Below are positions 19,816-29,536 of a stretch of DNA of 64,000 nt, piece by piece; position 1 is the first letter of the stretch, and each line of letters starts with the position of its first letter. The stretch lies in NCBI GenBank assembly GCA_964631145.1, contig CAZVXT010000001.1, positions 319,361 through 383,360 of the forward strand, in the 5' to 3' direction. The translations under genes were made by a program, and so were the position numbers. This DNA is from an uncultured Candidatus Saccharibacteria bacterium (GTDB lineage: Bacteria; Patescibacteriota; Doudnabacteria; UBA920). The notes beneath the pieces were generated by a model. It was given only the letters and a program-made list of their open reading frames with translations. It was not told the origin of the DNA and ran no database searches.

Positions 19816-22264
19816 TCCTAAAACTATAGAAAAAAAGTGGCAAGAGATATGGGATGCACAAAATACTTTTTCTGCTACAGAAAATAGTGCGAAGCCAAAA
19901 AAATATGTCTTGATGGAATTTCCCTTTCCGTCTGGAGATGGTCTTCATATGGGGCATGTTCGTGGTTATACTGCAGCAGATGTTTTGGCTAGGTATTATC
20001 GCATGACCGGTAATGAAGTTTTGTATCCAATTGGTTGGGATGCTTTTGGTTTGCCTGCAGAAAATTATGCAATTAAGCATGGTGTACAACCAGCTGTCTC
20101 TACTGCAAAAAATATTGCCAATATTAAAAAGCAATTTAAATCTTTGGGTTATAGTTTTGATTGGTCTCGCGAAATTAATACCACGGACCCTAATTATTAT
20201 AAATGGACTCAGTGGTTGTTTTTAAAGTTTTTCCAAGCCGGATTGGCGTATGAGGCAACTGGTCTTATTAATTGGTGTCCTAAAGATAAAACTGGGCTAG
20301 CAAACGAAGAGGTTGTTGGTGGTAATTGTGAGCGTTGTGGTACTGCCGTAGAAAAAAAAGAATTAAGACAATGGTACCTTAAAATTACCGAATATGCTGA
20401 AAAACTATTACAAGGGTTGGATAATTTACCAGACTGGCCAGAAGGTGTAAAGCTTCAACAAGCAAATTGGATTGGTAAAAGTGAAGGAGCAGAAATTGAT
20501 TTTCAAATTTCAAACGATCAATATTTAATTAAAGTTTTTACAACTCGTCCAGATACTATTTTTGGTACGACTTATTTAGTTTTGGCGCCAGAACATGAAT
20601 TAATTGCTACGCTTAAAGAGAAGATAGAAAATTTTGCAGATGTAGAAAAATATATAGAAGAAGCAAAATTAAAACAAGAACAAGATAGAGTTGCTGAAGG
20701 TAAGGATAAAACAGGTGTCGAGTTACGAGGTGTAAAAGTGATTAATCCAGCAACTGGCGGCGAAATCCCTGTATGGGTAGCTGATTATGTTTTGGGTGGT
20801 TATGGAACCGGTGCAATAATGGCAGTACCTGCTCATGATGAGCGGGATTTTGAGTTTGCTAAAAAGTTTGGAATAGAAGTGGTATGTGTGGTCGAACCGG
20901 ATTTTATTGGTCCATTGGCTGGGCATTCTGCAAATTTCAATCCTACTGAAGAATTAGCAAAGCTTGAGCTAGAATATAAAAATTTAGAAAAGCCTTACTC
21001 AGGACATGGTCACCTCATAAATTCCGGTGAGTTTTCTGGTATTAACTCGGAAGAAGCCAAATCTAAAATGGCTGAAAAATTTGGTACTCCAAAAATCCAA
21101 TATAAACTACGCGATTGGGTGTTTAGTAGGCAGCGATATTGGGGCGAACCTATTCCTCTTGTTCATTGCAATACTTGCGGTATTGTTGCTGTTCCTGAAA
21201 AAGATTTGCCGGTGCTATTGCCTGAAGTTAACAACTATGAACCAACTGGAACAGGGGAAAGTCCTCTTGCTGTAATTGAAGAATGGGTAAATACTATATG
21301 TCCGCAGTGCGGCAGGGAAGCAAAACGAGAGACAAATACCATGCCACAATGGGCAGGCAGTAGTTGGTATTATTTGCGTTATACTGATGCCTTAAATAAC
21401 GAAGCGTTTGCAGATGAGGATAAACTGAAATATTGGCTACCAGTAGATTTATATTTTGGTGGTATGGAGCATACTACTCTTCATTTACTTTATTCTCGTT
21501 TCTGGAATATATTTTTACATGATCAAGGGTTGGTTCCTGTAAGTGAGCCTTATACAAAGCGTGTGCCTCATGGCATTATTTTAGCAAGTGATGGCAGTAA
21601 GATGAGTAAGAGTAAGGGCAATGTTGTTAACCCAGACGAACTTGTTCAAAAATATGGTGCTGATACCATGCGTATGTATGAATTATTTTTAGGACCTCAT
21701 AGTGATAGTGTTGCTTGGAGCGATCAAGGTATAGTCGGTGTGGCGAGATTTTTGGATAAAGTTTGGCATTGGTTTAATAATGCAAAAACAGTAGAAACAG
21801 ATAATGAAGAAGTTTTACATAAGCTGCATCAGTTAATTGCAAAAGTTAATGAAGATATTCAGACTTTTAGCTTTAATACAGTGGTTTCTAGCTTAATGAA
21901 GTTTGTAAACGAAGTAAAAGATTTAGAAGTCTCTAATAATACTTTGCAGGCTTTTACTAAATTGCTTTCTCCTTTAGCTCCGCATATTGCCGAAGAGTTG
22001 TATGAATTAACCGGAGGTATAGGTGGTATAACTTACACAGCTTTTCCTCAAGCCGAAGAAAAATATTTACAAATTGCTACTGTAAAAATCGTTATTCAGG
22101 TAAATGGTAAAGTTAAAGATACTTTAGAAGTTCCTAGTGATAGTGATGAAGATCAGATTAAGCAACAGGTTATGCAGTTGGAAAAAATCCAATCAATTTT
22201 GTCCGGACAAGAACCAAAGCGAATTATTTTTGTTCCAGGCAAATTGATTAATATAGTAATATAG
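19802..22264 (+). CDS. leuS: Leucine--tRNA ligase
   Basis: HMGH, GWDAFGLPAEN, FTTRPDT, SRQRYWG, KMSKS. Confidence 0.99.
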   Translation: MKKYNPKTIEKKWQEIWDAQNTFSATENSAKPKKYVLMEFPFPSGDGLHMGHVRGYTAADVLARYYRMTGNEVLYPIGWDAFGLPAENYAIKHGVQPAVSTAKNIANIKKQFKSLGYSFDWSREINTTDPNYYKWTQWLFLKFFQAGLAYEATGLINWCPKDKTGLANEEVVGGNCERCGTAVEKKELRQWYLKITEYAEKLLQGLDNLPDWPEGVKLQQANWIGKSEGAEIDFQISNDQYLIKVFTTRPDTIFGTTYLVLAPEHELIATLKEKIENFADVEKYIEEAKLKQEQDRVAEGKDKTGVELRGVKVINPATGGEIPVWVADYVLGGYGTGAIMAVPAHDERDFEFAKKFGIEVVCVVEPDFIGPLAGHSANFNPTEELAKLELEYKNLEKPYSGHGHLINSGEFSGINSEEAKSKMAEKFGTPKIQYKLRDWVFSRQRYWGEPIPLVHCNTCGIVAVPEKDLPVLLPEVNNYEPTGTGESPLAVIEEWVNTICPQCGREAKRETNTMPQWAGSSWYYLRYTDALNNEAFADEDKLKYWLPVDLYFGGMEHTTLHLLYSRFWNIFLHDQGLVPVSEPYTKRVPHGIILASDGSKMSKSKGNVVNPDELVQKYGADTMRMYELFLGPHSDSVAWSDQGIVGVARFLDKVWHWFNNAKTVETDNEEVLHKLHQLIAKVNEDIQTFSFNTVVSSLMKFVNEVKDLEVSNNTLQAFTKLLSPLAPHIAEELYELTGGIGGITYTAFPQAEEKYLQIATVKIVIQVNGKVKDTLEVPSDSDEDQIKQQVMQLEKIQSILSGQEPKRIIFVPGKLINIVI

Positions 22265-22286
22265 AAAATTTTATATAGCTTCCAAT

Positions 22287-22402
22287 AAGCCACTTATAAA
22301 TAATTAACACTCATTTTATTTGTTATGGTTTCTTAATTTTGCTAATCGCAAAATGCAAAGCTGTGCACATAGGATTTGTTTACAATTATTTATAAGCGGC
22401 TT
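22287..22402. repeat. Inverted repeat with 19-bp arms (long hairpin 1)
   Basis: aagccacttataaataatt ... aattatttataagcggctt (one mismatch). Confidence 0.8.
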
Positions 22403-22423
22403 TTGTAATTACGTTAAAAACTA

Positions 22424-22519
22424 ACTGAGATGATAGGGGTTTTCTATTAGTCCTCGCTCCATAAAATAAATTCATAACATAGCGCTGTGGAATTTGTTCA
22501 AAACCTTTATCATCTCAGT
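22424..22519. repeat. Inverted repeat with 20-bp arms (long hairpin 2)
   Basis: actgagatgataggggtttt ... aaaacctttatcatctcagt (two G-U pairs on + strand). Confidence 0.8.
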
Positions 22520-22619
22520 CTGTAATGAGAAATAAAATTATAAATAAAGCTTAATACGTTTTAAGATAATTAACGTGATATAATAAAAAAGTAAAGTTGA
22601 TTTTTTGAAACAAAAATAA

Positions 22620-23768
22620 ATGCTATTTAATTTTCATTTGCCTCATTATTTTGCTGCTAAAGTTAGAAGCGAGATCGAACATTTATATGCTTCTATGGCA
22701 ATCGGTAATTTGGCGCAGGCTATAATAACAATATTTGAACCAATTTTTTTGTTTACAGTTTTAGATTTTTCTGTTGCTCAGGTATTATTATTTTTTGGCG
22801 TAGTTTATGCCGTCTATGCGATATTAATACCCTTTGGCGGGAAAATCGCTAGTCGATATGGATATGCGCATTCTATATTTTTTAGCATTCCATTTCAAAT
22901 TTTATTTTGGATATTGCTGTTGGGTTCCGAACATAATTTTTGCCTGATATATTTTGCTCCTATAGCCTTTGCGATTCAAAAAAGTTTGTTTTGGCCGGCA
23001 TTTCATGCAAGCCTGGCAAGATTTGCCAATGGGCAGCAGCGCGGTAGAGAATTTAGTTTGATGTACGCGATCATGAATGTAATGCAAATACTTGGACCAT
23101 TAATTGGTGGTTTTTTGTCAGTGATGCTTGGAATAGGGTCTTTGCTAATTGTTGCGGCGATAATATATTTATGCAGCGCAATTCCATTGTTGTGGACTAA
23201 AGAACAGTTTGTACCAAAGCCATACAAGTTTATTGATACGTGGAATTTATATAAACAATATCCATATAAATTTTTAGGATACTTTGGTTTTGCCGAAGAA
23301 TTTTTAGTGCTTAGTATTTGGCCGATATTTATTTACATGATAGTTAGAAATTACCAAGATGCCGGAGCTTTGGTCACCGTTGCAACAATGGTGGCAACAG
23401 CTCTTGCTTTATATATAGGAATTTATACTGATGGTCATAGCAAGCAAACTGTTTTAAGAATTGGCGGATTCTTCTATATATTAGCTTGGCTTGCACGCAT
23501 CCCTGTTGTCTCGGGTTTTGGTGTTTTGATAACTGATGCGATATCTAGAACTTCAAAAAGTTTAGTATTTATTCCAATGTCAACGTTAACATATGAGCGT
23601 GCAGAAAGCACTCATATTATGCCTTATGTTATTGGATTTGAGCAGATGCTATCTTTGGGAAAGTTTTTGGCGGCAGTGATTGGAATAATAGTATTTGCAT
23701 TAACTGGAAGCTTTGTTGCTTTGTTTGTACTAGGTGCAATCTTTAGTTTGTTTTATTTTTTAATATAA
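22620..23768 (+). CDS. MFS transporter
   Basis: About 12 TM helices, GGKIASRYG motif A-like, GPLIGG. Confidence 0.9.
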   Translation: MLFNFHLPHYFAAKVRSEIEHLYASMAIGNLAQAIITIFEPIFLFTVLDFSVAQVLLFFGVVYAVYAILIPFGGKIASRYGYAHSIFFSIPFQILFWILLLGSEHNFCLIYFAPIAFAIQKSLFWPAFHASLARFANGQQRGREFSLMYAIMNVMQILGPLIGGFLSVMLGIGSLLIVAAIIYLCSAIPLLWTKEQFVPKPYKFIDTWNLYKQYPYKFLGYFGFAEEFLVLSIWPIFIYMIVRNYQDAGALVTVATMVATALALYIGIYTDGHSKQTVLRIGGFFYILAWLARIPVVSGFGVLITDAISRTSKSLVFIPMSTLTYERAESTHIMPYVIGFEQMLSLGKFLAAVIGIIVFALTGSFVALFVLGAIFSLFYFLI

Positions 23769-23826
23769 ATTTATTTATAAAAAAAGACGCAAGGTTATTC
23801 CTTGCGTTTTAGATTTGCTAGCATTT

Positions 23827-24057
23827 TTATACTTCTATATTATATTCCGCTAGTTCTTCTACCAAATTTTGATAATCTGCCGGATTAGAAGAATTATCAA
23901 TTTTTAGTTCGTAATTCTGTCCATGCTTCCTTGCACTTATTACACTCGGATGATGATGCATGGCGATTGTAAATTTTGAAATTTGTGTTATGCAAATATT
24001 CGGAATTTCGATCAACGTGAATACTTTGGCTTTAACTTTTTTATTTTCTTCTGACAT
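23827..24057 (-). CDS. Hypothetical protein (ORFan)
   Basis: AGGAGG SD, own promoter and terminator. Confidence 0.7.
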   Translation of the reverse strand: MSEENKKVKAKVFTLIEIPNICITQISKFTIAMHHHPSVISARKHGQNYELKIDNSSNPADYQNLVEELAEYNIEV

Positions 24058-24092
24058 AAATTTCCTCCTGGTTTTTTTTGAATTAACTAAAG

Positions 24093-24121
24093 ATTATAAC
24101 TAGAAAATAGATTTTTGTCAA
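24093..24121 (-). promoter_or_regulatory. Consensus sigma70 promoter
   Basis: TTGACA-17 nt-TATAAT on - strand. Confidence 0.85.
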
Positions 24122-24210
24122 TCTATATTGAAATAAAAAACGTAGATATTTCTACGTTTATTTTCCACAGTTCTATAAATGCATACACAAAATAATTTTT
24201 GTCATATACG

Positions 24211-24570
24211 TTAAATTTCTTTGTGCATAGCTTGCAGCTTTTGATTTATAATTTTTATGACTCTAGGTTCTAAATCATTTGAATCAACTGACCAACAATC
24301 TCCCGGATTTCCAAAAGTAATCTTGATGTAATATTTCTGCTTTTTATTATATATTATCGGAAATCCTATGGTATATACATTTGTATTTACCACTGCAAAA
24401 CAAATATCAATTGTGGAGTCATGGCTCAATTTTCCTAAGTAAAGTTCTAGGGTTTGTAATAAATGAGCTAGCTTTTTCTTGGCTTTAGCTTGATGGTCAA
24501 CCTCAAGCCCAGCAATTACGATATTTGCATTTACTTTAGAGTTTTTTATAGAAACTTGTTTTTCGTTCAT
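24211..24570 (-). CDS. Hypothetical protein (ORFan)
   Basis: GGGAGG SD, TTGACA promoter. Confidence 0.7.
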   Translation of the reverse strand: MNEKQVSIKNSKVNANIVIAGLEVDHQAKAKKKLAHLLQTLELYLGKLSHDSTIDICFAVVNTNVYTIGFPIIYNKKQKYYIKITFGNPGDCWSVDSNDLEPRVIKIINQKLQAMHKEI

Positions 24571-24656
24571 TATATAAATCCTCCCAAATTTTTTGTTAAT
24601 TTTATCAAATTTATCGATTTTGTCAATCAGTGTATTACTCTGCTAAAATATACTTA

Positions 24657-25910
24657 ATGAACTATCAAATTTTATCTCAACTTGATCCAGATGTGTATAA
24701 TAGCATAGAAGCGGAAATTACACGTCAAAAAGAGGGTTTAGAATTAATCCCTTCAGAAAATTATGTATCTCAGGAAGTTTTAGAAGCTTTAGGGAGCGTT
24801 TTTACTAATAAATATAGCGAAGGATATCCGGGAAAGAGATATTATGGTGGACAGCAAAATACAGATGTTATAGAAAACTTAGCAATAGAAAGAGCTAAGA
24901 AGTTATTTAAAGCTGAGCATGTTAATGTACAGCCTTTGTCTGGAGCTCCTGCTAATAACGCTGTATATTCTGCATTGCTAGAGCCTGGAGATACTGTATT
25001 AGGTATGGATCTTTCCCATGGAGGACATTTGACTCATGGACATCCTGTAACTCAATCAGCAAAAATTTATAACTTTATTCGTTACAAAATGAAGGATGTA
25101 GAGACAGGGGAGTTGGACTATGAAGAAATTCGAGCCCTTGCTCATGAGCACAAACCAAAAATTATTTTAGCTGGATTTTCTTCTTATCCTAGGAGTATTG
25201 ACTATGCAAAGTTAAAAGAAATTGCTCATGAAGTTAATGCTGTTACCATGATGGACGCAGCACATATTGCCGGCTTAATCGCTGGTGGTGTTTTACCTAA
25301 TCCGTTTGATTATGATTTTGATATAGTCACCACTACAACTCATAAAACTTTGCGTGGTCCTCGAGGCGGCATGATAATGTGTAAGTCTAAATTTGCAAGT
25401 AGTATTGATAAGGCTGTGTTTCCTGGACTTCAAGGTGGTCCTCACATGAACAATATTGCCGCATTGGCAGTATCCCTTGGTGAAGCTTTAAAGCCAGAGT
25501 TTAAAGAGTATGCAAAAAATATTTTGGATAACTCTAAGGAGATTGCAAAGCAGCTGATGGATCGTAATGTGAAATTGGTTACTAATGGTACTGATAATCA
25601 TTTGATGCTTATAGATACAATTGCGACTTTTAACATTTCTGGCAAGCAAGCACAAGATTTATTGGATGAAGTTTTGATTACGGTAAATAAAAATGTTTTG
25701 CCAGATGATCCTCGAGGTCCGATGGATCCAAGTGGTATTAGATTAGGAACACCGGCAATAACAACTCGCGGAGCAAGTAAATCCGATATGGAAAAAGTTG
25801 CAAACTGGATTGTGCAAACATTGCAAAACCCAGATGATGTATCACTGCGCCAACAAATTAAACAAGAAGTAAAAGCGTTTGCTTTAACATTAAAGTTACC
25901 AGGAGTTTAA
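24657..25910 (+). CDS. glyA: Serine hydroxymethyltransferase
   Basis: LIPSEN, NKYSEGYPGKRYYGG, TTTHKTLRGPRGG. Confidence 0.99.
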   Translation: MNYQILSQLDPDVYNSIEAEITRQKEGLELIPSENYVSQEVLEALGSVFTNKYSEGYPGKRYYGGQQNTDVIENLAIERAKKLFKAEHVNVQPLSGAPANNAVYSALLEPGDTVLGMDLSHGGHLTHGHPVTQSAKIYNFIRYKMKDVETGELDYEEIRALAHEHKPKIILAGFSSYPRSIDYAKLKEIAHEVNAVTMMDAAHIAGLIAGGVLPNPFDYDFDIVTTTTHKTLRGPRGGMIMCKSKFASSIDKAVFPGLQGGPHMNNIAALAVSLGEALKPEFKEYAKNILDNSKEIAKQLMDRNVKLVTNGTDNHLMLIDTIATFNISGKQAQDLLDEVLITVNKNVLPDDPRGPMDPSGIRLGTPAITTRGASKSDMEKVANWIVQTLQNPDDVSLRQQIKQEVKAFALTLKLPGV

Positions 25911-25913
25911 TAT

Positions 25914-26336
25914 ATGGAATTTAATAGAGAATTTTCAAAAATTTACACTCAAGAAACTACAAGGGTAGGTGAAATTTTATATGACGTTGATAAATTAAAA
26001 AATGAAGCAGAAAATATTCCCATTCAAGAAATTTCATTAAATACCTTATTAGGTGCTGTAAGCGAAGGTAATTATTATTGGATTGATCAAAACAATGAAA
26101 AATTAGGACCATTTCAGATATTAAAAGATTGGGATGCTGCACAACGTAAGGAAGAATGGTCGGATCATATTGCTAATATCAGGCAAGCAAATTTGGATAA
26201 TCCTATTTGGATTACTAAGCAAGGATTGGTTTTTGATGGGATGCATAGATTAACTAAAGCAGTATTAGAAGGTAAGGAAAATATCAAAGTTAAAGTTTGG
26301 GATAATCTCCCTGATATTGCAATTATAAAAGAATAA
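25914..26336 (+). CDS. Stand-alone ParB/Srx-like N-terminal domain protein
   Basis: NPIWIT..GLVFDGMHRLTKA motif. Confidence 0.7.
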   Translation: MEFNREFSKIYTQETTRVGEILYDVDKLKNEAENIPIQEISLNTLLGAVSEGNYYWIDQNNEKLGPFQILKDWDAAQRKEEWSDHIANIRQANLDNPIWITKQGLVFDGMHRLTKAVLEGKENIKVKVWDNLPDIAIIKE

Positions 26337-26341
26337 ATAAT

Positions 26342-27148
26342 ATGGAAATAATACAATCTGTTATATTAGGAGCAGTTCAGGGCCTTGGTGAATTTTTGCC
26401 AATTTCTTCTTCAGCCCACTTAATTTTAACTCCTTGGTTTTTTGGATGGAAAGATCAGGGATTGGCTTTTGATGTGGCGTTGCACTTTGGAACATTGGTA
26501 GCAGTGTTGGCTTATTTTAAAGGCGATATATGGCTACTAATTAAAGGTTTTTTGAATTCTTTAAATAAGTCTACTAGAGATATAAATAATAACGTGTATC
26601 AAAAGTTAAGTTGGCTGATTTTGATCGCTACGATTCCTGCAGCAATAATTGGTAAGTTATTAGAGCAGCAAGCAGAGAATGCTTTGCGAAGTCCATTGCT
26701 TATAGCTTTTACATTATCTGTGGTCGGTGTTGCTTTATGGTTGGCAGACAAGTATGGTGCTAAGAATAAAAATCTTACTCACATCTCGTGGTTAAATAGT
26801 TTAATTATTGGACTAAGTCAAGCAGCTGCTATAGTTCCTGGTGTTTCTCGTAGTGGTGCTACTATGATCGCGGGGTTATCTTTAGGTGTAAACCGACAAG
26901 ATGCAGCTAAATTTAGTTTTTTAATGTCGATACCTATTATACTTGGAGCTGTAGTTTTGAAGTTGCCAGAAATTTTGCATATTCAAAATCATTTTGAGGT
27001 GATAGCTGGGTTTGCATCCTCAGCTGTATTTGGTTTTTTGGCAATCAAGTATATGCTTAAATATATCTCAACAAGATCATTTGCTATTTTTACCATTTAC
27101 AGGCTGGCTTTAGCAGTGGTTGTATTATTAGTTTTGTGGTTAAGATAA
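26342..27148 (+). CDS. uppP: Undecaprenyl-diphosphatase
   Basis: QGLGEFLPISSSAH, PGVSRSG. Confidence 0.97.
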   Translation: MEIIQSVILGAVQGLGEFLPISSSAHLILTPWFFGWKDQGLAFDVALHFGTLVAVLAYFKGDIWLLIKGFLNSLNKSTRDINNNVYQKLSWLILIATIPAAIIGKLLEQQAENALRSPLLIAFTLSVVGVALWLADKYGAKNKNLTHISWLNSLIIGLSQAAAIVPGVSRSGATMIAGLSLGVNRQDAAKFSFLMSIPIILGAVVLKLPEILHIQNHFEVIAGFASSAVFGFLAIKYMLKYISTRSFAIFTIYRLALAVVVLLVLWLR

Positions 27149-27682
27149 ATGGTCACTAAAGAGCAATATTTATATTGGCAGAATTTATTAAGCACTAATT
27201 TATTTTTTAGATATTTTTGGCAATTTTGGAGTAATTATTCTTTTATAATTTTAGGTTTAGTTTTTGTCGAAATTTTAGTCAATTATAACTTGCAAAAATT
27301 TGAATTCGCCGTAGTTTGTAGTTTAGCTTCTTTTATAATAGCTAGGATCGTGTTGGTGAGCTTGATTAATTTGTTTTATCATAGAACCAGACCATATCAA
27401 AAATATAATTTTCAACCTATCACTTCAAAATTATTTTCATTTCAGACAAAAATTCATAATTCTTTTCCTTCCAGGCATGCAGCTGCGTTAAGCTCAGTGG
27501 CTATTGTTTTGATGATTTTATTTCCATATGTAGGATTGGGCTTTTTATTGCCAATGTTGGTTTTGACGGGATTTGGAAGAGTTATTTTGGGTTACCATTA
27601 TCCGACGGATATTTTAGCAGGTGTATTTATAGGTTTGTTATCAGCTGTTTTAAGTATTTACGTATTAAATATATTTTGGTAG
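27149..27682 (+). CDS. PAP2 family phosphatase
   Basis: R.RP, SFPSRH, GRVILGYHYPTD. Confidence 0.92.
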   Translation: MVTKEQYLYWQNLLSTNLFFRYFWQFWSNYSFIILGLVFVEILVNYNLQKFEFAVVCSLASFIIARIVLVSLINLFYHRTRPYQKYNFQPITSKLFSFQTKIHNSFPSRHAAALSSVAIVLMILFPYVGLGFLLPMLVLTGFGRVILGYHYPTDILAGVFIGLLSAVLSIYVLNIFW

Positions 27683-27792
27683 AATATCTAAGTTAGCTAT
27701 AGTTTGCTAGTAGAATAGCCAAAAAAGCTAATAGATATCGTTAGAAAAAATAAAATATCAAAGTTAACAATTTTTTAAATATTTATGTTTAT

Positions 27793-27849
27793 GGCCGAGT
27801 GGCGGAAAAGGTATGGCGCGCACTCTTTAGTTATTCCATCGGTCAACAA
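27793..27849 (+). pseudogene. Internally deleted, degenerate copy of tRNA-Leu
   Basis: Same 5' end as the tRNA 80 bp downstream; keeps acceptor-stem pairing but lacks anticodon and T arms. Confidence 0.65.
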
Positions 27850-27872
27850 TATGTATTTAAATAGTTATTTAT

Positions 27873-27957
27873 GGCCGAGTGGCGGAACTGGCAGACGCGC
27901 ACGACTCAAAATCGTGTATCTTCGGGTGTGAGGGTTCGACTCCCTCCTCGGCCACCA
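27873..27957 (+). tRNA. tRNA-Leu(CAA)
   Basis: Acceptor stem ggccgag/ctcggcc, anticodon loop ctCAAaa, long variable arm, GTTCGA T-loop, encoded CCA. Confidence 0.97.
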
Positions 27958-28086
27958 TAATAAAGACAATATCGTAATATATTGTCTTTTATTTGTATTT
28001 AAGCAAAATTAAATTATAAAATTGGTAAATTTGCTGAGAGCCCATTTTTTTGGTAAAATTTAGATAATTATTGTGAAATTTTTGTT

Positions 28087-29445
28087 ATGGATGGAGTTCA
28101 GTGGCCAAGTGGTCAATCATTACCTTCAAATTACAACCCGCCATATCGTCCTCCTCAAAATGATGATTTGGTAGATGAAAATCAAGAAATTAATACACAA
28201 AATCAGCCAGCTGATTCTTTTTTGGTAGAAGAAGATAATTTATCTTTGCCCCCAGAGCAGTTTGTGCCTCCAGTTTATGAAGATCCTATATTAGGACCAA
28301 GTAATATTTTGCCTAGTTGGCAAATGGAAGAAGATTCTTTGCCGGAAGAGAATATCTCAACATTTACAGATAGTGATAAGGATCAATATAATTCTGTACA
28401 AGAAGAATCTAAAAATATTTTACCAAGTAGTCTTTATAATAACTCTCAGTTTGTAAAAGAAGATTCTGTGCAAAAAAATCAGGCATCGTTTGCAGAAGAA
28501 AATGTTTCTGCTCCTGCTATTTTCGCAAGCCCATTTTCACAAAATCTTAGCGCTAATAAAGAAGAAAAACAAGATCAAGTTAATAATATCAACACTTCTG
28601 AGACAGAAACTGGTGATAAAATGCATTACGCTGGCAGCACGATTAAAGAAATCGAATTAGCAAAAGTTGTTGCTAACCCTTATCAACCAAGAAGGCAATT
28701 TAATCAGGAGGCATTAGAAGAATTGTCAGAATCGATCAAGGAGCATGGAGTAATTCAGCCTTTAGTAGTAACAGAAACTCCGAATGGATATGAATTAGTG
28801 GTAGGTGAAAGGCGTTTTCGTGCTTCTGTGTTAGCAGGACTAAAAAAGGTTCCTGCAATTATCAAGCATTCGATGGAGGATCAAACTAAGCTAGAAGTAG
28901 CTTTGATTGAAAATATTCAAAGACAAGAACTTAATCCTATTGAAGAGGCTTTGGCTTATAATAAGCTCTTAAAAGAATTTAGGATGAGTCAGGATCAGGT
29001 TGCTCAAAAAGTAGGAAGGTCACGTCCTTCTGTGGCAAATACAGTGAGATTATTAAATTTGCCAGCAGAAGTACAAAGAGCAATTATCGAAGGGCGAATT
29101 ACCGAAGGGCATGGAAGGGCAATTTTAGGTTTACCGGATTATGAAAGGCAAATGCAGTTATTTCAATTGGTCTTGGACCAAGGTTTAAATGTTCGTCAGG
29201 TTGAAAATAAAGTCCGGGAAATATTAAATCGCAAAAAAAATAGTGAAGAAAATATTCCAGATCCTAAGCTTGTCGCTATGGAATCTGATTTACGTGGTAA
29301 ATTAGGCACTCAAGTAAGAATTTATAAGCAAGGTAGAGGTGGTAAAATTACCATAGAATTTTTTAGCGATGAAGATTTGGATGATATTATTTCTAAGATT
29401 TCTCATGAAAATAAATTGTCTGGAGAAAATTATCTTACTGTCTAA
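28087..29445 (+). CDS. parB: ParB/Spo0J chromosome partitioning protein with long acidic N-terminal extension
   Basis: NPYQPR, GERRFRA, ENIQR.ELNPIEEA, HTH GRSRPSVAN. Confidence 0.92.
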   Translation: MDGVQWPSGQSLPSNYNPPYRPPQNDDLVDENQEINTQNQPADSFLVEEDNLSLPPEQFVPPVYEDPILGPSNILPSWQMEEDSLPEENISTFTDSDKDQYNSVQEESKNILPSSLYNNSQFVKEDSVQKNQASFAEENVSAPAIFASPFSQNLSANKEEKQDQVNNINTSETETGDKMHYAGSTIKEIELAKVVANPYQPRRQFNQEALEELSESIKEHGVIQPLVVTETPNGYELVVGERRFRASVLAGLKKVPAIIKHSMEDQTKLEVALIENIQRQELNPIEEALAYNKLLKEFRMSQDQVAQKVGRSRPSVANTVRLLNLPAEVQRAIIEGRITEGHGRAILGLPDYERQMQLFQLVLDQGLNVRQVENKVREILNRKKNSEENIPDPKLVAMESDLRGKLGTQVRIYKQGRGGKITIEFFSDEDLDDIISKISHENKLSGENYLTV

Positions 29446-29536
29446 AAATAAAAATACTTTCTGTCCAAAGAAAGTATTTTTTTATCAGCACTCAAAAAGA
29501 TTAATTGGTTTAATTTTGATATAATTAACTTAAATT

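Noticed and set aside
22424-22519. glmS ribozyme, T-box or SRP RNA
   Set aside because: AGCGC/CGAGG words occur on the - strand but without the glmS core context; there is no T-box motif or downstream aaRS, and no SRP helix-8 motif.
27873-27957. tRNA-Leu as an integration site
   Set aside because: The duplicated part is mainly the 5' end and lies upstream; I saw no downstream 3'-end repeat or integrase.
27960-29536. parS site near parB
   Set aside because: No match to TGTTTCACGTGAAACA-like palindromes seen by eye; a motif scan would be needed to exclude degenerate sites.
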